A stretch of DNA of 64,000 nucleotides from the human T2T-CHM13v2.0 reference genome, Homo sapiens. The translations under genes were made by a program, and so were the position numbers. The notes beneath the pieces were generated by a model. That model was given only the letters and a program-made list of their open reading frames with translations, made no database searches and was not told the DNA's origin. The stretch lies in NCBI RefSeq assembly GCF_009914755.1, contig NC_060942.1, one strand, 5' to 3'. The first letter of the stretch is position 1, and the number at the start of each line of letters is the position of its first letter. This document shows positions 27,790 to 40,981 of this stretch, in pieces.

Positions 27790-28370
27790 TTTATAAATTT
27801 CCATGCTTTTTATCTGCATATGATTTATATAAATATTCATTTTGCTTCAGTTTGTTCAGTAAAGGCCTCTGGGTAAAGAATTCCAAATTGTATAAAGACG
27901 TATAAGATTTAACATGCATCTCAACTTTTAAAAGTTTCTCTTTTTGAATATATCTAGTGATGATAAAGGTAAACAGGTGTTTGAAAACATACTGTTGTGA
28001 AGTACCAACCTGGCAGAAAACCTGTAGCATTTATAACGAGAACATAATCCAATTGAATCTGTAATTAGCACTTTTGAAATGTGCTCATTATTATTGTTAT
28101 GATTAGCTGCAAAATGATGCAGCTTTGGCTCACACCCATTGGAATTTTAGGGTGTGATTCTCGCCCAAAAGCAGTCAGTATAGAACCCAATAAAAGAACT
28201 ACGTTGCAGATTTTCTAGAAGTCTTTTCATGTTAAATATCCAATGGGGGCTATCAATTAGATGTAAATTATTTACTGTGTCAAAGAAAATTTTCACTTTT
28301 GGAGATGCAGATTTTTATGAGACATAACCTAATGATTTGAGAAAAGTTAATACACCCATGCATGGAATCT
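27790..28370. promoter_or_regulatory. Candidate conserved non-coding enhancer
   Basis: Repeat-free. TGATTTAT at 27821, TAATCC at 28045, TAATTA at 28062, CCAATAAAA at 28187, TTTTATG at 28313. Function is inferred only. Confidence 0.4.
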
Positions 28371-28579
28371 ACTCGGGAAGTAATCCTGGAAAAAAGGAAT
28401 AGTCATGGTTGAAGAGACATATCACAATGGAGTGGAGAGAATTTTAGAATTCAGAGACTTGTTTTTATTGAACTTCTAAAGGAAGCTACTCCCAGCACTT
28501 CTCAGGCCATAGAAGGGTCTGACTGACTTTATCCCTGGTAACTCCCACGGGAAAAGATTTGATTCCCAACCAGCTTGTA

Positions 28580-28900
28580 GTTCCCTTCATTAACAAACAT
28601 TTATTGAATCACAGTGCGCTGCATTCAGGGCTGCTGAAGAAATAGGAATGATTTAGTAAATTGGATATATAAAAATAGGAGGGGATCTTGGAGACAATTA
28701 CAAAGCAACATGTTAAGAGAAAAAGCAATAATTGTGAGCTCAGTGCTAATTATTAAGGGAAGGACCCAGAAAAGGTAATAAGGTATGGGCCAGCTAGTGA
28801 GGAAGAGATTTATGGAGAAGGTTCATTTTGATTCAGATTCAAAATAACACCTTTACCTTATTGGTAGGATGGTTAGGAGATGCTCTTTCAATAAGAGAAC
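28580..28900 (-). mobile_element. L2 remnant
   Basis: ttcattaacaaacatttattgaatc start followed by purine-rich L2-like sequence. Confidence 0.55.
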
Positions 28901-29439
28901 TGACACAAGTAAGGCATGGACCTGTTACCATTTGAGCCTTGGGTAGGGATGTCCAACCTGTTGATTTGATTAGAAAAGAAGAACTTGCTAGGCACTGTGC
29001 TTGGCACATGGTCAATAAGTGTTCGTAGGTGCCCAATAATAGTAGATACTCAAAAAGTATTTGAAGGTGCTCAATAAATATTAGAGAGTCAATGACTTTG
29101 ACTTTCCTGTCACTCATATGCCAGGAGGGTGTATAAATAACACACTAAGAAAATCTGACTTAAAGCTTCACAATGATTTAGTCCAACTCCAGACAAGATG
29201 TACCCGTTTAGTTGCAGTCCTCCATGGACCTTACTCCAGTCCAACTCTGCTCACTTATATTACCTAGTTGACTCTGTATGTCTTTGATTGTATGATTCTG
29301 GTCTGGGTAGAGTAGACAGAATGTATGATCTAAGCTTACCCATATGATCATAAGCCTAGATGTTGGGAAGACAATGACAGTTTCAAAAGAAAAGAAAATA
29401 AGCAGTTATGGAGGCCGCCTTGCCTTTCAGATAACCTCT

Positions 29440-29895
29440 TGAAACCAACCCAATAGTCCCATAGGCAGTTTTTTTCTTTTCCTATAGTAACATAGAAATG
29501 GACTCTTCTGGTCTTAAAGCTTGAAACTCACATTGGTTTTATCTGAGTTTCTTTGTAAGGAAAGGGCCCTCAGGCCTTTCAAAAAGTGTCAAAGAACAGA
29601 AACTCATCATGTAACCACATCCAGCCAATGGGATGTCAGACCCCTCATTCATCATGATTGCCTCATGACCCCTCCCTAATTCCTGTTTTCCCATGCATAG
29701 TCACATTTCTTCCCTGCTGTAGAAACCTCTATTTTTAGTTGTTCAGGGAGATGGATTTGAAACTGATCTTCCATTTCCTTGGCTGCAGCACTCGATGAAA
29801 GCCTTCTTCTTTGGCAATACTCATTGTGTCAGTCATTGGCTTTCTGTGTCAGGGAACAGCAGGACCTAGATCGAACCCCTGGCATTTCAGGCACA
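29440..29895 (+). mobile_element. LTR47-type solo LTR
   Basis: tgaaaccaacccaatagtcccatag...ttctggtcttaaagcttgaaact...cagcaggacctagatcgaacccctgg...aca, flanked by ctct(t) on both sides. Confidence 0.85.
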
Positions 29896-30089
29896 CTCTT
29901 GCCTCAGTCTCAGAGGTGGTCTCCTGCATGCTGTATCTCTGCAGAGTGATTTTTGTCTCTCATCTGACCCACCATAGTTCTTTTCTTTCTTCAACAAACA
30001 GTTATTGAACTCCTATTTACCAAGTGCATTCCTAGAAAATAAACAAGACAATGGAAGCTTCAGGGATCTCAGAGTTTTAAGAGGTGAGC

Positions 30090-30433
30090 CAGTGGAGGGA
30101 TCAGGTCTGTGAAGAGCTTGCTTGTACACAGATCTCTCCCCAGAGATTCTGATTTAATTGGCCTGATGTGGGGCAGGCTGCTTACATTTGTTCCCCATAG
30201 CAGGTAATTATAATTTGCAGCCACAGTAGAGAATCACTGTGGTTCTCAAGAGTGGTCTTCAGACCAGCAGCAACAGCATCTCCTGATAACTTGTTAGAAA
30301 TGGAGATTCTCAGGCCCCACCCCAGCCCTACTGAATCAGAAGCTCTGGTGCAGCAGAGGAAATAAAAAACAGTGCTATGTATTTCAAGAGGCCTTGCAGG
30401 TGATTCTGTTGAACACTGGTTTCAGGATTACTG
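30090..30433. mobile_element. Two abutting MER5 elements (MER5B-like then MER5A-like)
   Basis: cagagattctgatttaattgg; gtggttctcaa...accagcagcaacagcatctcctg...ttgttagaaatg..attctcaggccccacccca.ccctactgaatcagaa. Confidence 0.8.
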
Positions 30434-30696
30434 AGCTAGGGAAATTGGCTCTGTATTGAGATACTAAAGAAAACTTCCAGGTATCCTCTCTCATACCATT
30501 TTCTCCATGAAATCCTAATCTTATTCCTTACTATTTTAATGATCTCTTTAGAACATAATTTATTTCCTATTTTTTTCCCTCTTATTTATTTCCATACTAT
30601 ACATATATTAAGGGCCTGTAGGATGCCAACTTAATTCAATCCCAACTCACCAAGTATTCATGTATGAACCCAATCGTGTCATAGGCACATTATGGG

Positions 30697-31034
30697 ACTG
30701 TGGTTACTGAAGGCTGAGAAGGGTAGGAGAGAGGGAAGGATAGAATGAGGCTGGTTAAAAGACACATAATTACAGCTAGATAGGGAGAAAAAGCTTTAGG
30801 GTTCTATAGCACTGTAAGGTGACTATGGTTAACAATAATTTATTGTATATTTTCACATAGCTAGAAGAGAGGATTTAGAATGTTCCCAGTGCAAAACAAT
30901 GATAAATATTTGAGGTGATAGAAAGGCTAATTATCCTGATTTGATTGTTACACATTGTGTGTATCAAAATACTACTCTGTAGCCCATAAATATTTGCAAT
31001 TATTTTATGTCAATTAAAAATAATTTTAAAAGAA
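30697..31034 (+). mobile_element. L1MA 3' end
   Basis: tacagctagatagg...ttctatagcactgtaaggtgactatggttaacaataatttattgtatattt...gctagaagagaggattt...atgtcaattaaaaa. Confidence 0.9.
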
Positions 31035-31514
31035 AGCTCAAAAAAGTGAAAGTACAACACAGAGTTCCTGGAGCCTTTGAGGAGCTAGGAAATGGAAACC
31101 AGGGCACTGTCACAGGCAATGTGCTGGTAGGCACTGCAGGAGCTCCAGGGAAGAATGGAAACTCTATGGGAAATATGGGAAAAGCAATCCTGGACAGCTT
31201 CAAGGAGCAAGGCAAACTTGAGCTCAGCCTTCAAGCATGGGTAGAATTTGGACTCAAGGAAGGACACAGGGAATATTAAAAGCAAAGAAGCTCTTTATGA
31301 CTACCAATGAAGACATTAACCTGACCAGAGAGGAGGATACAGAGCTGAGAGATGGATCGGCCTTCCCCGTGGAGCACTCTGAGACATGTCATAGCTCATT
31401 GACATCTCGCAATACAGGTCAAAAAGGTAGATTTTTATTTCACTTACTGTAAATGTGAGTTAGAGCAAATAGGCTCCTGATGGTTAGCTGGGCTGGCTAC
31501 TTTAGCCTTGCAGG

Positions 31515-32012
31515 AGGCAGTGTATTACAATGGCAGTAGATGTTTGGGAGTCAGGTGTATAATTTTGGCTTCACTACCTACTGGGTGTGAGGCTTAACCT
31601 CTCTGAGTTTTAGTTTCCTCTTCTGTACAGTAGGGTTAATACATTTTCCCTAGGTCATTTCTAACTTTTATATAAGCTCACAAATGTAAAACAAAAAACT
31701 GTATGGTAGGATATTTCTAGGCAAATCAATGTATGTTATGGTCCCTCTTGCTTTTCTTTGACTTAAATGGAATCAATCATTGCATTGGATAAGAAGGGAA
31801 GCAGTACTGGTTGAGTGAACACTGTGAATTTGGAGGACGTGTGCTGGACCTCAGCCATACCTCTAACACATTGGGTAACCTTGGACACACAACGTGACCT
31901 CACAGAACTCCAGTTCCCTCTGTCATAATCTGGAATGATGATATCAATCAAGTGAAGCAGCTATCACAGGGTCTGGAACATAGTAAGTCCTCAATAAGTT
32001 CTAGCAATTATT
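31515..32012 (+). mobile_element. Two MIR copies (~31515-31740 and ~31810-32012)
   Basis: cttaacctctctgagttttagtttcctcttctgta; ctggaacatagtaagtcctcaataagttctagc. Confidence 0.65.
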
Positions 32013-34175
32013 AAAAAAGGAAAGGCTGTCTGCAAACAGGTGATCTCAGAAGGGGGTTTGTGCCTCTCTAGGAAGGAAGCTTCATTGTGGACATCTGGGA
32101 GCAGGTCAAGTTCTTCACCTCTGCTTCTTTTGAAGCACCCCACCCCCATGCTTCCCATTAGAAACTTTGCAATCTGTTTTTCAGAAGAGTGGTCAATTAT
32201 TGACTCAATATTAGAAATGCTGCTCAGAGTACATAATGGCTGACCTGGGAATATCTCTTTAGTTAAATTAACACCTACAAAAGGCTCCAGGCTTGCCGCC
32301 AAACCAATGCTTTAATTTTCTTTCTAACACCCAGGTCTGTGAAAAAGGAAAATGGTCAGAAGTCAAAAAATAAATCTCATCTCCAAACTTTCCCCTCTTT
32401 CCACCCACCCCCAAATCCCTCCTATAGCCCCAATCCTCATTTCGATTATATCCAAAACCTTAAATGGAAGAATCCAATTAGCTATCATATTTTCAGCTAA
32501 TTTACAAATCTCTTAAAAGTTCCAAGTTTAGCTTTCACATTGTTCCGTGGACACCATAAAAATAAAGGCACTGAGAAGCCTTTGGATCCTTGCTCTGCTG
32601 AAGCACTTCCTTTCCATATTTTTTGCTTCTCATTTTACTCATTACTTTACACGAAGCTGCAGCTCTCAGGACGACTGCACACCCACTGTAAACCTCTATT
32701 ATTGATCATGTACTTACATGGTTGGTGGCGTTTTATGTAAGAGGAATAAATGATATAGTTGTTTCTATCCATTAAACTATACTGTTATCAAGGGATTGAG
32801 AAACTGCCCTGAACATGGCAATTATTTTCGGAGGTTCTGTAATGTTTAAATATAATTGCCTAGTAATCTTATATTTACTGTGTGGTGGCAAAGTACAGCT
32901 AGCTTCATGTTTGCACCTTATAAAACGTAAGGACATTTAGCGTGCTTAATTCTCCGTTGTCTTCCTTCTCCTGGCCTTTCTCTTTCCCAATGCTATATCC
33001 CCAGGCATTGGACTATGAGACTTCTAGATAATTCCCAAGTACTGTAATTTTTTTTTCCATACTACCTCATCCTTGGAGATCAGTAATTTCCTACTTAGTA
33101 TGATGTGGGGCTTCCCAGGCTCTGGCCATGGGGAAAGGAGAGATGGGGTCTCTGAGGCACAAAAGACTTTGCATGATTAGTAGAGCTCTGAGAATCAAGG
33201 AAATACGCCTGGCAAGCAAACACCCCAGCCCAGAAGAAGCTTAATTATAGTCAAGGGAAACTAGTCCTTCCTTAGTGGCAGTCGCCTCTGCCCACGTGCT
33301 TGCACATGCGTGTGCACACGCAAGCACGAGCAAACTCTCATGCATCGTCCATATGTGAATTCTTTTTGGAAGCTCATTTGCTTCTTCTCACTTCCTCCCC
33401 TTACTGGGTCCTAACACGGGCACATTTAAACCCTATCCTTTCTATCTTCAGCTCCCCAGACGAGCCTAATCTGACCTTGCTTTAATTTTTTAAGCCATTG
33501 GTGGAGAAAGCCTTGAAACTTTTCAAGACCAAATGATACAAATAAAATAACTGGGAGCTTGCTAAAATGAGGCCAGGAGGCTTTTAAACTTTTTACTGAA
33601 GTAGAATAGAGCCCAGGATTTTTAGACGTTTTCTGTTTCTCTTTGAAGTTGCCAGGAATTTGCCAGTGAGGTTTTAAATGCGCTTCTACTACTGACTTGC
33701 AGGAAGAGATTTCTAGGCTTCTCATGCTACCTCTGATGATTGCAATATAGAATCCAAATGTTTGATTCTTTCTTTCTATAGGATTTGACTTTTCCAACCT
33801 GTGAAGGAGGAAAAAAACGGGAATAATATCTTGTTCTATTCCCATAAACAAGATACACAAGGGGAACCCAGAAGATTTGGTTTGGCTTAGGAGAAAGTCG
33901 GTTTAGGCTTCAGTGCATTTTAGAGCATCCTAAGGGTGCAGTCTTGTGCCTGCTTTTCCTCATTTGAGATTCAAGGTGTTCTGCCTGGCTGGCTTTCCAG
34001 CCCCTGGGAGGCCGTCTGCTGCTGTTGGCCCACAGTCAGAGCACATATACCTTCATTAGCCAAATCTTTGTTCCCCTTTGTGCTTCTCTTCCTCCAACTT
34101 AGTAGAAAGCAGCTTTGGAATTTGCTTCTGTTTTTCACATGCTGACTTACAGGAGCAAGGCAGGGTCCTGGGTAA

Positions 34176-34501
<326 letters not shown>

Positions 34502-36796
34502 TAGAAAAGCCCCTTATCTTCTCTGTGTCTTAGCTTTCCCATTTGAATGTTGAGGGTCCTGAAAACAGTGACTTCTAAGGGCTATTTCTTGTGTGAGTTG
34601 ATTGAATCAATGTGTGGGAAATGCTCAGAACACCACTTGCTCTGATTCCTGAAGGTCTTCTTTAGACTGTCCTTGGCTCACCACATCTAGATGGATTCTA
34701 TCTCCACTTATCCATTCTTTTGATCTTGGTGACTGCCTCTCTTTATAAGCCTTATCTTCTCTGTGCTAAAACAATTGATTGATTGAATCATAATAATGAC
34801 AAGCATAAAAGCAGTGAAGCCTTCTCCCTTAGCATTGGGGAGGTGGAGGGGCCAAGCCAAGTGGTCACTTGCTTGCATTTTTCACATTATTAGTGATCTT
34901 ACATGGATTTGCGTTGGTTTTTCAGGGTTGCCTTTCCTAGATACTACTCAGTTTTCTTTTTTTTCCTTATGCAACCGTACCCCATAAGGAGCTTCTTACC
35001 ATGAAGCTCCATTACAGTAGGGCAGACCTGGAAACACATGCTTTTGTTCAACACTCCCCCACTTTTATTTTTGCTTTCAGAGAGTCTATGAACATTTTCC
35101 AGGCGAATCCACCCACCCTGGTAGAGACCCTCAAGGGACCAGGAACACAGGATCCAAGGATAGGGCAGGAAAATTCCACCTCAATCCCTCTCCCAAAGTT
35201 CCCTATTTCTCCTCCCCTATATTCTAACCGTAGGCCTGCTGAGGCCCCAGGGGTGGGATACTGCACTTAAAGCCTTTAAACCCATCAAGATTAAGGTGTT
35301 TTTTTTTTGCTGGTCAGCTGAATTTTTCTTATTCTGTTTATTGGGTGGGGGGTGGGGGAAAGAGGCTGTTTTCTAAAGGAATGAAGGAATAAAAGAACAA
35401 GAGTGGGTATGGGAGAGTAAGGATAATTTCACTGTTGTCTCAGAGAGTTGAGTCTCAGGGCTGGTAAATTCTCAAATTCAACACTGTATTATGACATAGA
35501 TCAGCTGTTATTTTTTCAGTCTCAGAGGAAACCTTGAGGAATCTCATTCCTGCAATTGTATTAAATTATCTGCCAATATTGTCTTTTCCACTCAAAGTAC
35601 TTTCATTGAAACATTTGGCATGGAGTGCAGAAACAGCAAAATCTCTTTAAAAGCTATTGTTTCTTTGAATGTTTGGTTTACCTTTTGGTTCCACAGTAAA
35701 ATAACTTAATAAATGAAGGATGAGTGGAATTGTTACTATAGCAATCCCCATAGTAACATCAAAATGCCACACACACTCGTGCTGCAAGCCCTGGGCTTTC
35801 TCCTAGTCCTCCCACATTTCAGGTTCAGCTTCCCAGGTTAAGCTCTGATGGCTTAAGATGTAAGGATATTATATTAAATCCATTTTATTTCCATCCCCAA
35901 GAGTTAATAGACTCACAAAATACCAAGAATTTTTATCCACTTCTATCCTTTGCAGAAAAGTCAGAAGTGAATTTTCTATGAGCTTGACAGTATGTACAAA
36001 CTGCTTGCATTTGAGTTGCTCTTCCAATTTTAGGTCTGTCCTTAAAAACAATAACAACAATAAACCCAGTCAAGGCATGAATTGCTCTTTGTTGATTTCC
36101 ATAGTCTTACATAACTTACATGGGGCAGGACTGGGAGAGGAAACATCTTCAGAATGCAGCACTGTGGGAACACACATGTTTTTAATCTCCTATTTTCCAG
36201 AAGATAGCCAGAAGGGATCCCCAAGAGGTCACTTGGAAAAGCCTTTTGCCACCTGGTAGAGTTATAAATCGATACTCTGATTAAGATTGCTGTTATTAGG
36301 TTGAATGAATGACTGAGAGGCTACGGAAAAATTTAATGGGAGGCAAAAGCTGATTTTGAACATCATGTCGTATCTTTATATAATAGGTGGTCATGCATAC
36401 ATGTAAATATGTATATCACTGTTTGTGCATATTTAGCACAAATTTATAAACCAGATGCTGAATATCAAGTAGTAGATCTGTGTATCCTGTTTCTTAGCTC
36501 GTTGTATCTTGAATATTAATACTCTTACCCTAAAGGCAGAAACTACAATTGGAAAGCGATTGTGTTAAATTCAGAACCGGTGGGGCTATAAAGTTTTGCA
36601 GCCCGGAAAACTCAGTGAGCTTATTTCCCAAGAAGAAAACTTCACTAGATAGAGAGGAAGAAAATAAAAAATAAAGCACAAGCCATAAAGAACAGACAAT
36701 TCATAATAGAAGAAATATGATCATTAGTAAACATGTGAAAAACATCCAATGTTACTACTAAGCAAAGAAATAGAAATAAAAACAAGCATAGTAGGA

Positions 36797-37620
36797 TGTG
36801 GAGGGGGGCTTCTACTGCTGCTCTGGAGTCAGCACTAGGCCCACAGCCAAAAACAACAGGTGCTAAGTGCTCAACATGTAAAAGAACAGCCAGACCCCAA
36901 CCCCGCATCATCATTATATAAGCAGAGGCCTGGAAAGGAGGCATGAGGGACAGGATCAACCCTGGGAGTGGTCAGGCAGTGTGGAACTGTTACTCACCCG
37001 AGGTCACTCCCTTTTCTCCCAGTGGGCAAGGGAGAGGCTGCCCACTCTCCCCCAGCAGAGGAGCTTCACAGATAGTCACCCATTGAGGTTGAAGTTGCAG
37101 ACTGGTATTCACTTTCCTGGCTAGAACTCTGCTTCTGGATGAACAGGCTTTCTGATCTGCTGCTTTGCCTATCTAATTAGGGATGAGAAATGCAAGAAAG
37201 TTACAAGATGGGGTGGTCAAGGAGCAGCCTGCACTTCCACCAATGGGTATCCCCAAGGATGCATACATTTCTAGTGAGTCATAAGGACACCAGAAACTGT
37301 AGCTAGTATTCACATGCTCAAAAAGCCTGCCCAGTGGGTGAGATGATTCCAGTGATGGAGACTGAGAGGAGATACAGAGATTGAGATTAAGCCTGATTTC
37401 CCAGAGCAGGAAAGTGTGTCAATGGGAGCTCTAAAAGACCAAAAAGACTACATCACTCCTTGGAAGAACCAGAACCTCAATGCCTGCCATGCAGAGATAT
37501 CAATGTCTGCTTAGTCTAAATAAGAAAAGTAGTAACACCCCACAGGAAAAATATTGCTATTGTGTCCATATAAGTAGAATGTACTGGCCGTATTCCCTCA
37601 CACTCCCTTTCTCTGATACA
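36797..37620. mobile_element. Probable ancient LTR (family not resolved)
   Basis: A more GC-rich ~820-bp block with tgt...aca ends that splits an L1ME-like sequence. Confidence 0.35.
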
Positions 37621-37679
37621 ATTGCTTCATGGATATACCTACGTTGAATTGAGATTGCTCAACTAACCTGTCATATAAT

Positions 37680-38150
37680 GATGAGGTATTGTTTGCCTAC
37701 TGAGCTGTCGTTAACTCTTTAAATACCTAGATTTGTGAGGATGTAGTGAAGGAAGACACACCCGCTGGTTCAAGTATACCTTGGTTCATCGGTTCTGGAG
37801 GGAATTTTGTCAGTTACATATTTAAAAACTCTTAAAATTTGGCATGCTATTTGATGTAGTGACTCCTCTTCTATGAATATTCACTAAAGATCTAATCAGA
37901 AGCACAAATATATTTAAACAAAAAATATTCATTGCATCCTTATTTATAAGAGTAAAAAGAGGAAACCTGAATTTCAAGTTGGAAATGACTACATAAGTTG
38001 TGATGTATCCAAATAGTAAAATACATGCTACCATTAAAATTGTACTTCAAAGACCATTTAATATTTTTGTGCAATGCTCATAGAGTGTTTAGTAAAAATC
38101 AAATAGGATAAAATCTGTCATACATAAGAAATAGAAAGGAAGAGTAAAAA
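37680..38150 (+). mobile_element. L1ME 3' remnant (also ~36650-36790)
   Basis: aaaaatattcattgcatccttatttataagagtaaaaa...gtaaaatacatgctaccattaaaa. Confidence 0.6.
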
Positions 38151-40981
38151 CATATCTAGTAGCAGAAGACATGTATATATCTGGAAATCCCAAAAAACTC
38201 AATGGAAAAAGTACCACAAGTGATAGAAGAATTTAGTAAAGTAGTAGATAGAAAAAAAAATTATCATAAACAACCTTCATATATACAAACTAAAAGTAGT
38301 TAGAGGATATATAGAAGATTTATTTAAGATAGTAGTAATGATAAACCTAAGCATAAAAAGAAACAAAAATTGTACAAAATCTATGTGAAGAAAACTAAAA
38401 ACACTCCTGAAAAATGTAAATGTTGACTTGAAGAAATGGAAAGTCATACCACTTTTGTGGATAGACAACAGTCAGTTCTCCTTTAGTTAATTTATAAATG
38501 TAACATCATTCAAAAATACCATTTAGAAGAAAAAATAAGCTAGAGTAGTCAGGAATTCTTGCAAAAGAAGAGCAACGAGTTTGGGAAGGGTTGGCTATAT
38601 CAGATATTTAAGTACATTATAAAGCCTTTATAATTAATACAGAAGGATATACACACACGAATAGATAGATCAATGAATAGAAATTCCAGAAATAGACCCA
38701 ATTGCATATGGAAATTTAATACACAATAAAGGTGACATTTCAGATTGGTGGTGAAAAGATGGACTTTTAAATAAGTGGTGTTGGGATAAGTGAATAGCCA
38801 TATGGAAAAAGATAAAATTGGATCCATTTCTCACATTGTAAGCCAGGATAAATTCCAAAAGACTCGGAGATCTAAATGTGAAATAAATGAAACTATACAT
38901 GTTTGAAGAGAAGACATGGATATTTTCCTCCAATAGCTAGGATGAGGAGAACTGTCTCAACTACTTATCAAAATCCAGAAGCATTAAGGAAAAAGTTAAA
39001 CTTGATGGCATTAAAAAAAATACGTTTGCAAGGAGAAAATACTCTAAGCAACGTAAAGAAAAATGACGAATGGGAAAAACTGCAACTTTTATCACAAAGG
39101 TTGAACATGTCTAATATATAAAGAGCTTCTAAAAATAGAGAAGAAAAAGACTGCAACTTGGTAGATAAATGGGCTAGGGAAATGAACAGACTGTTTCTTA
39201 AAAAAGAAAAGCAAATGGCTCCTAATTATAATATGCTCAGCCTTGCTCCTAATAAGAGAAAAGCAAAATATAATATCCTGTCCATTTCTCACATACCAGA
39301 TTGGCAAAAATCCAGAAGTTTGGAAAATATACTCAGTTGGCAAAGTTGTGGGAGAGCAGGCACTCTCTTACACTGCTAGTGGGAAGCAAAATGATACCAC
39401 ATCTGTGGAAGGGAATTTGGCAATATCTAACCAACTTACATTTACTCACTTCTAAGACTCCATCATAAGGACACACTGGCAGACGTGAAAAGAGAAATGT
39501 CGCCCAGATGCATTCTATATTCACTGCAGCCCAACTGTAATAGTAAAATATCAGAAATAAACCAAATATTCACCCAGAGGGATCTGTTTAAGTAAATGAC
39601 TGGTAAATCCACGTGATAAAATACTATGCAGTTGTAAAGAAGATTTAAAAATCTCTACAAAACTGCATTGGAACAATCCCAAGGAAAAAGCAAGGAGGAG
39701 AAAGTGTTTATGTTATAAAACCATTTATCAAAAAAAGAGGAAATGCTAATATAGACACATATTTGAATAATTGTATTTAAGAAAATTATGAGAGAATAAA
39801 CTTTAAAAGGTATTTATCTATAAGGAAAGTAAGCGAACAAGGTAGAGGTGGCTGGACATGAGCTTGGCTTATCTGATTATATCTTGTTTTGTTAAGGGGG
39901 ACTTTTGGAAACTTAAAATATTTTTACACAATTATAGAGAAGTGTTTTTAAAAAGTGATCATTAAAAATCTGAAGCAAAAGAAATTGTTTTTGAGTTGGT
40001 AGCCTAAATATACCAAAAGGAATTATTACAAATGATATTAAAACTCAAGAATGTATTTGGTCATCCTTAGGGTGATACTGTTCGAGAACAAGAAGAACAG
40101 CAGAAGAATGTTAAACTGTTTTATGTAATTATGTTAGTGATGATAACATTGATACTATTTTTCTGCGACTGTATTTTGTGTGCTTACAGGATAAAGTATG
40201 CTATTGACCAAATTATTGTTGCTGTATCTTCTCTTAAAAATATTTTCCAGGTCTGTATGATAAAAAGTACTAGAAGTAATGTCAACACAATAGCAATTGG
40301 TACCCTTAACACACAGATTGTGGTTTCTAAATATCATACTGAAATAAACAGAACACGATTTCATGTCTAGGGTAGAAAATAAACAGTATGGATCTGGAAC
40401 ATTTTGTCATTCTGGAGAGCAATGATGCTATCAAGGATAATGGTCATGTTAAAAGGACTCAGGAGACAACTTCAAGAGATTCCTCTGGCCAAACATGGGG
40501 CAGTTTAGTATCACTAAGAATAATAGGTGCAACCCATTGAAAACACACAAAACTGTATTTACATTTATAAGTTCACAATGATATTAAACACAAAACAGAA
40601 GAAAACAAAAATTCATTGGAATCCCCCTTTGGAGGATTCTATGGAGTCAGCTCAATATGTTGAAAACTGAAAAATGAAAGGAAAGAATCAAGCATTTATC
40701 TTGCTTTCCTAAATGAAATTCATCTCAAAGTCATTAGATAGTTGATTAGAATGTTTTCTTTTAAAGAAGCATTTAAACTATATATATAAAAGAAATTATA
40801 AAATTAGAATATCACCATTTTGTAACCATTAATGGATTGGGCAATGATCATCAATGGTCACTAATATTACAAAAACAAATAAAGAGAAACAAGACATTAT
40901 ATGCCTCTCCATAAGAGTGCTGCACAATTCTTCCTATAAAGTGTTTTAGACAAAAATCAGAACTCACATAGGATCAAGACT

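Noticed and set aside
30090-30433. Palindromic character around 30230-30250
   Set aside because: Explained by the terminal inverted repeats of two abutting MER5 elements.
38160-39700. L1 ORF2 as a functional reverse transcriptase CDS
   Set aside because: Numerous stops and frameshifts, with only motif remnants left.
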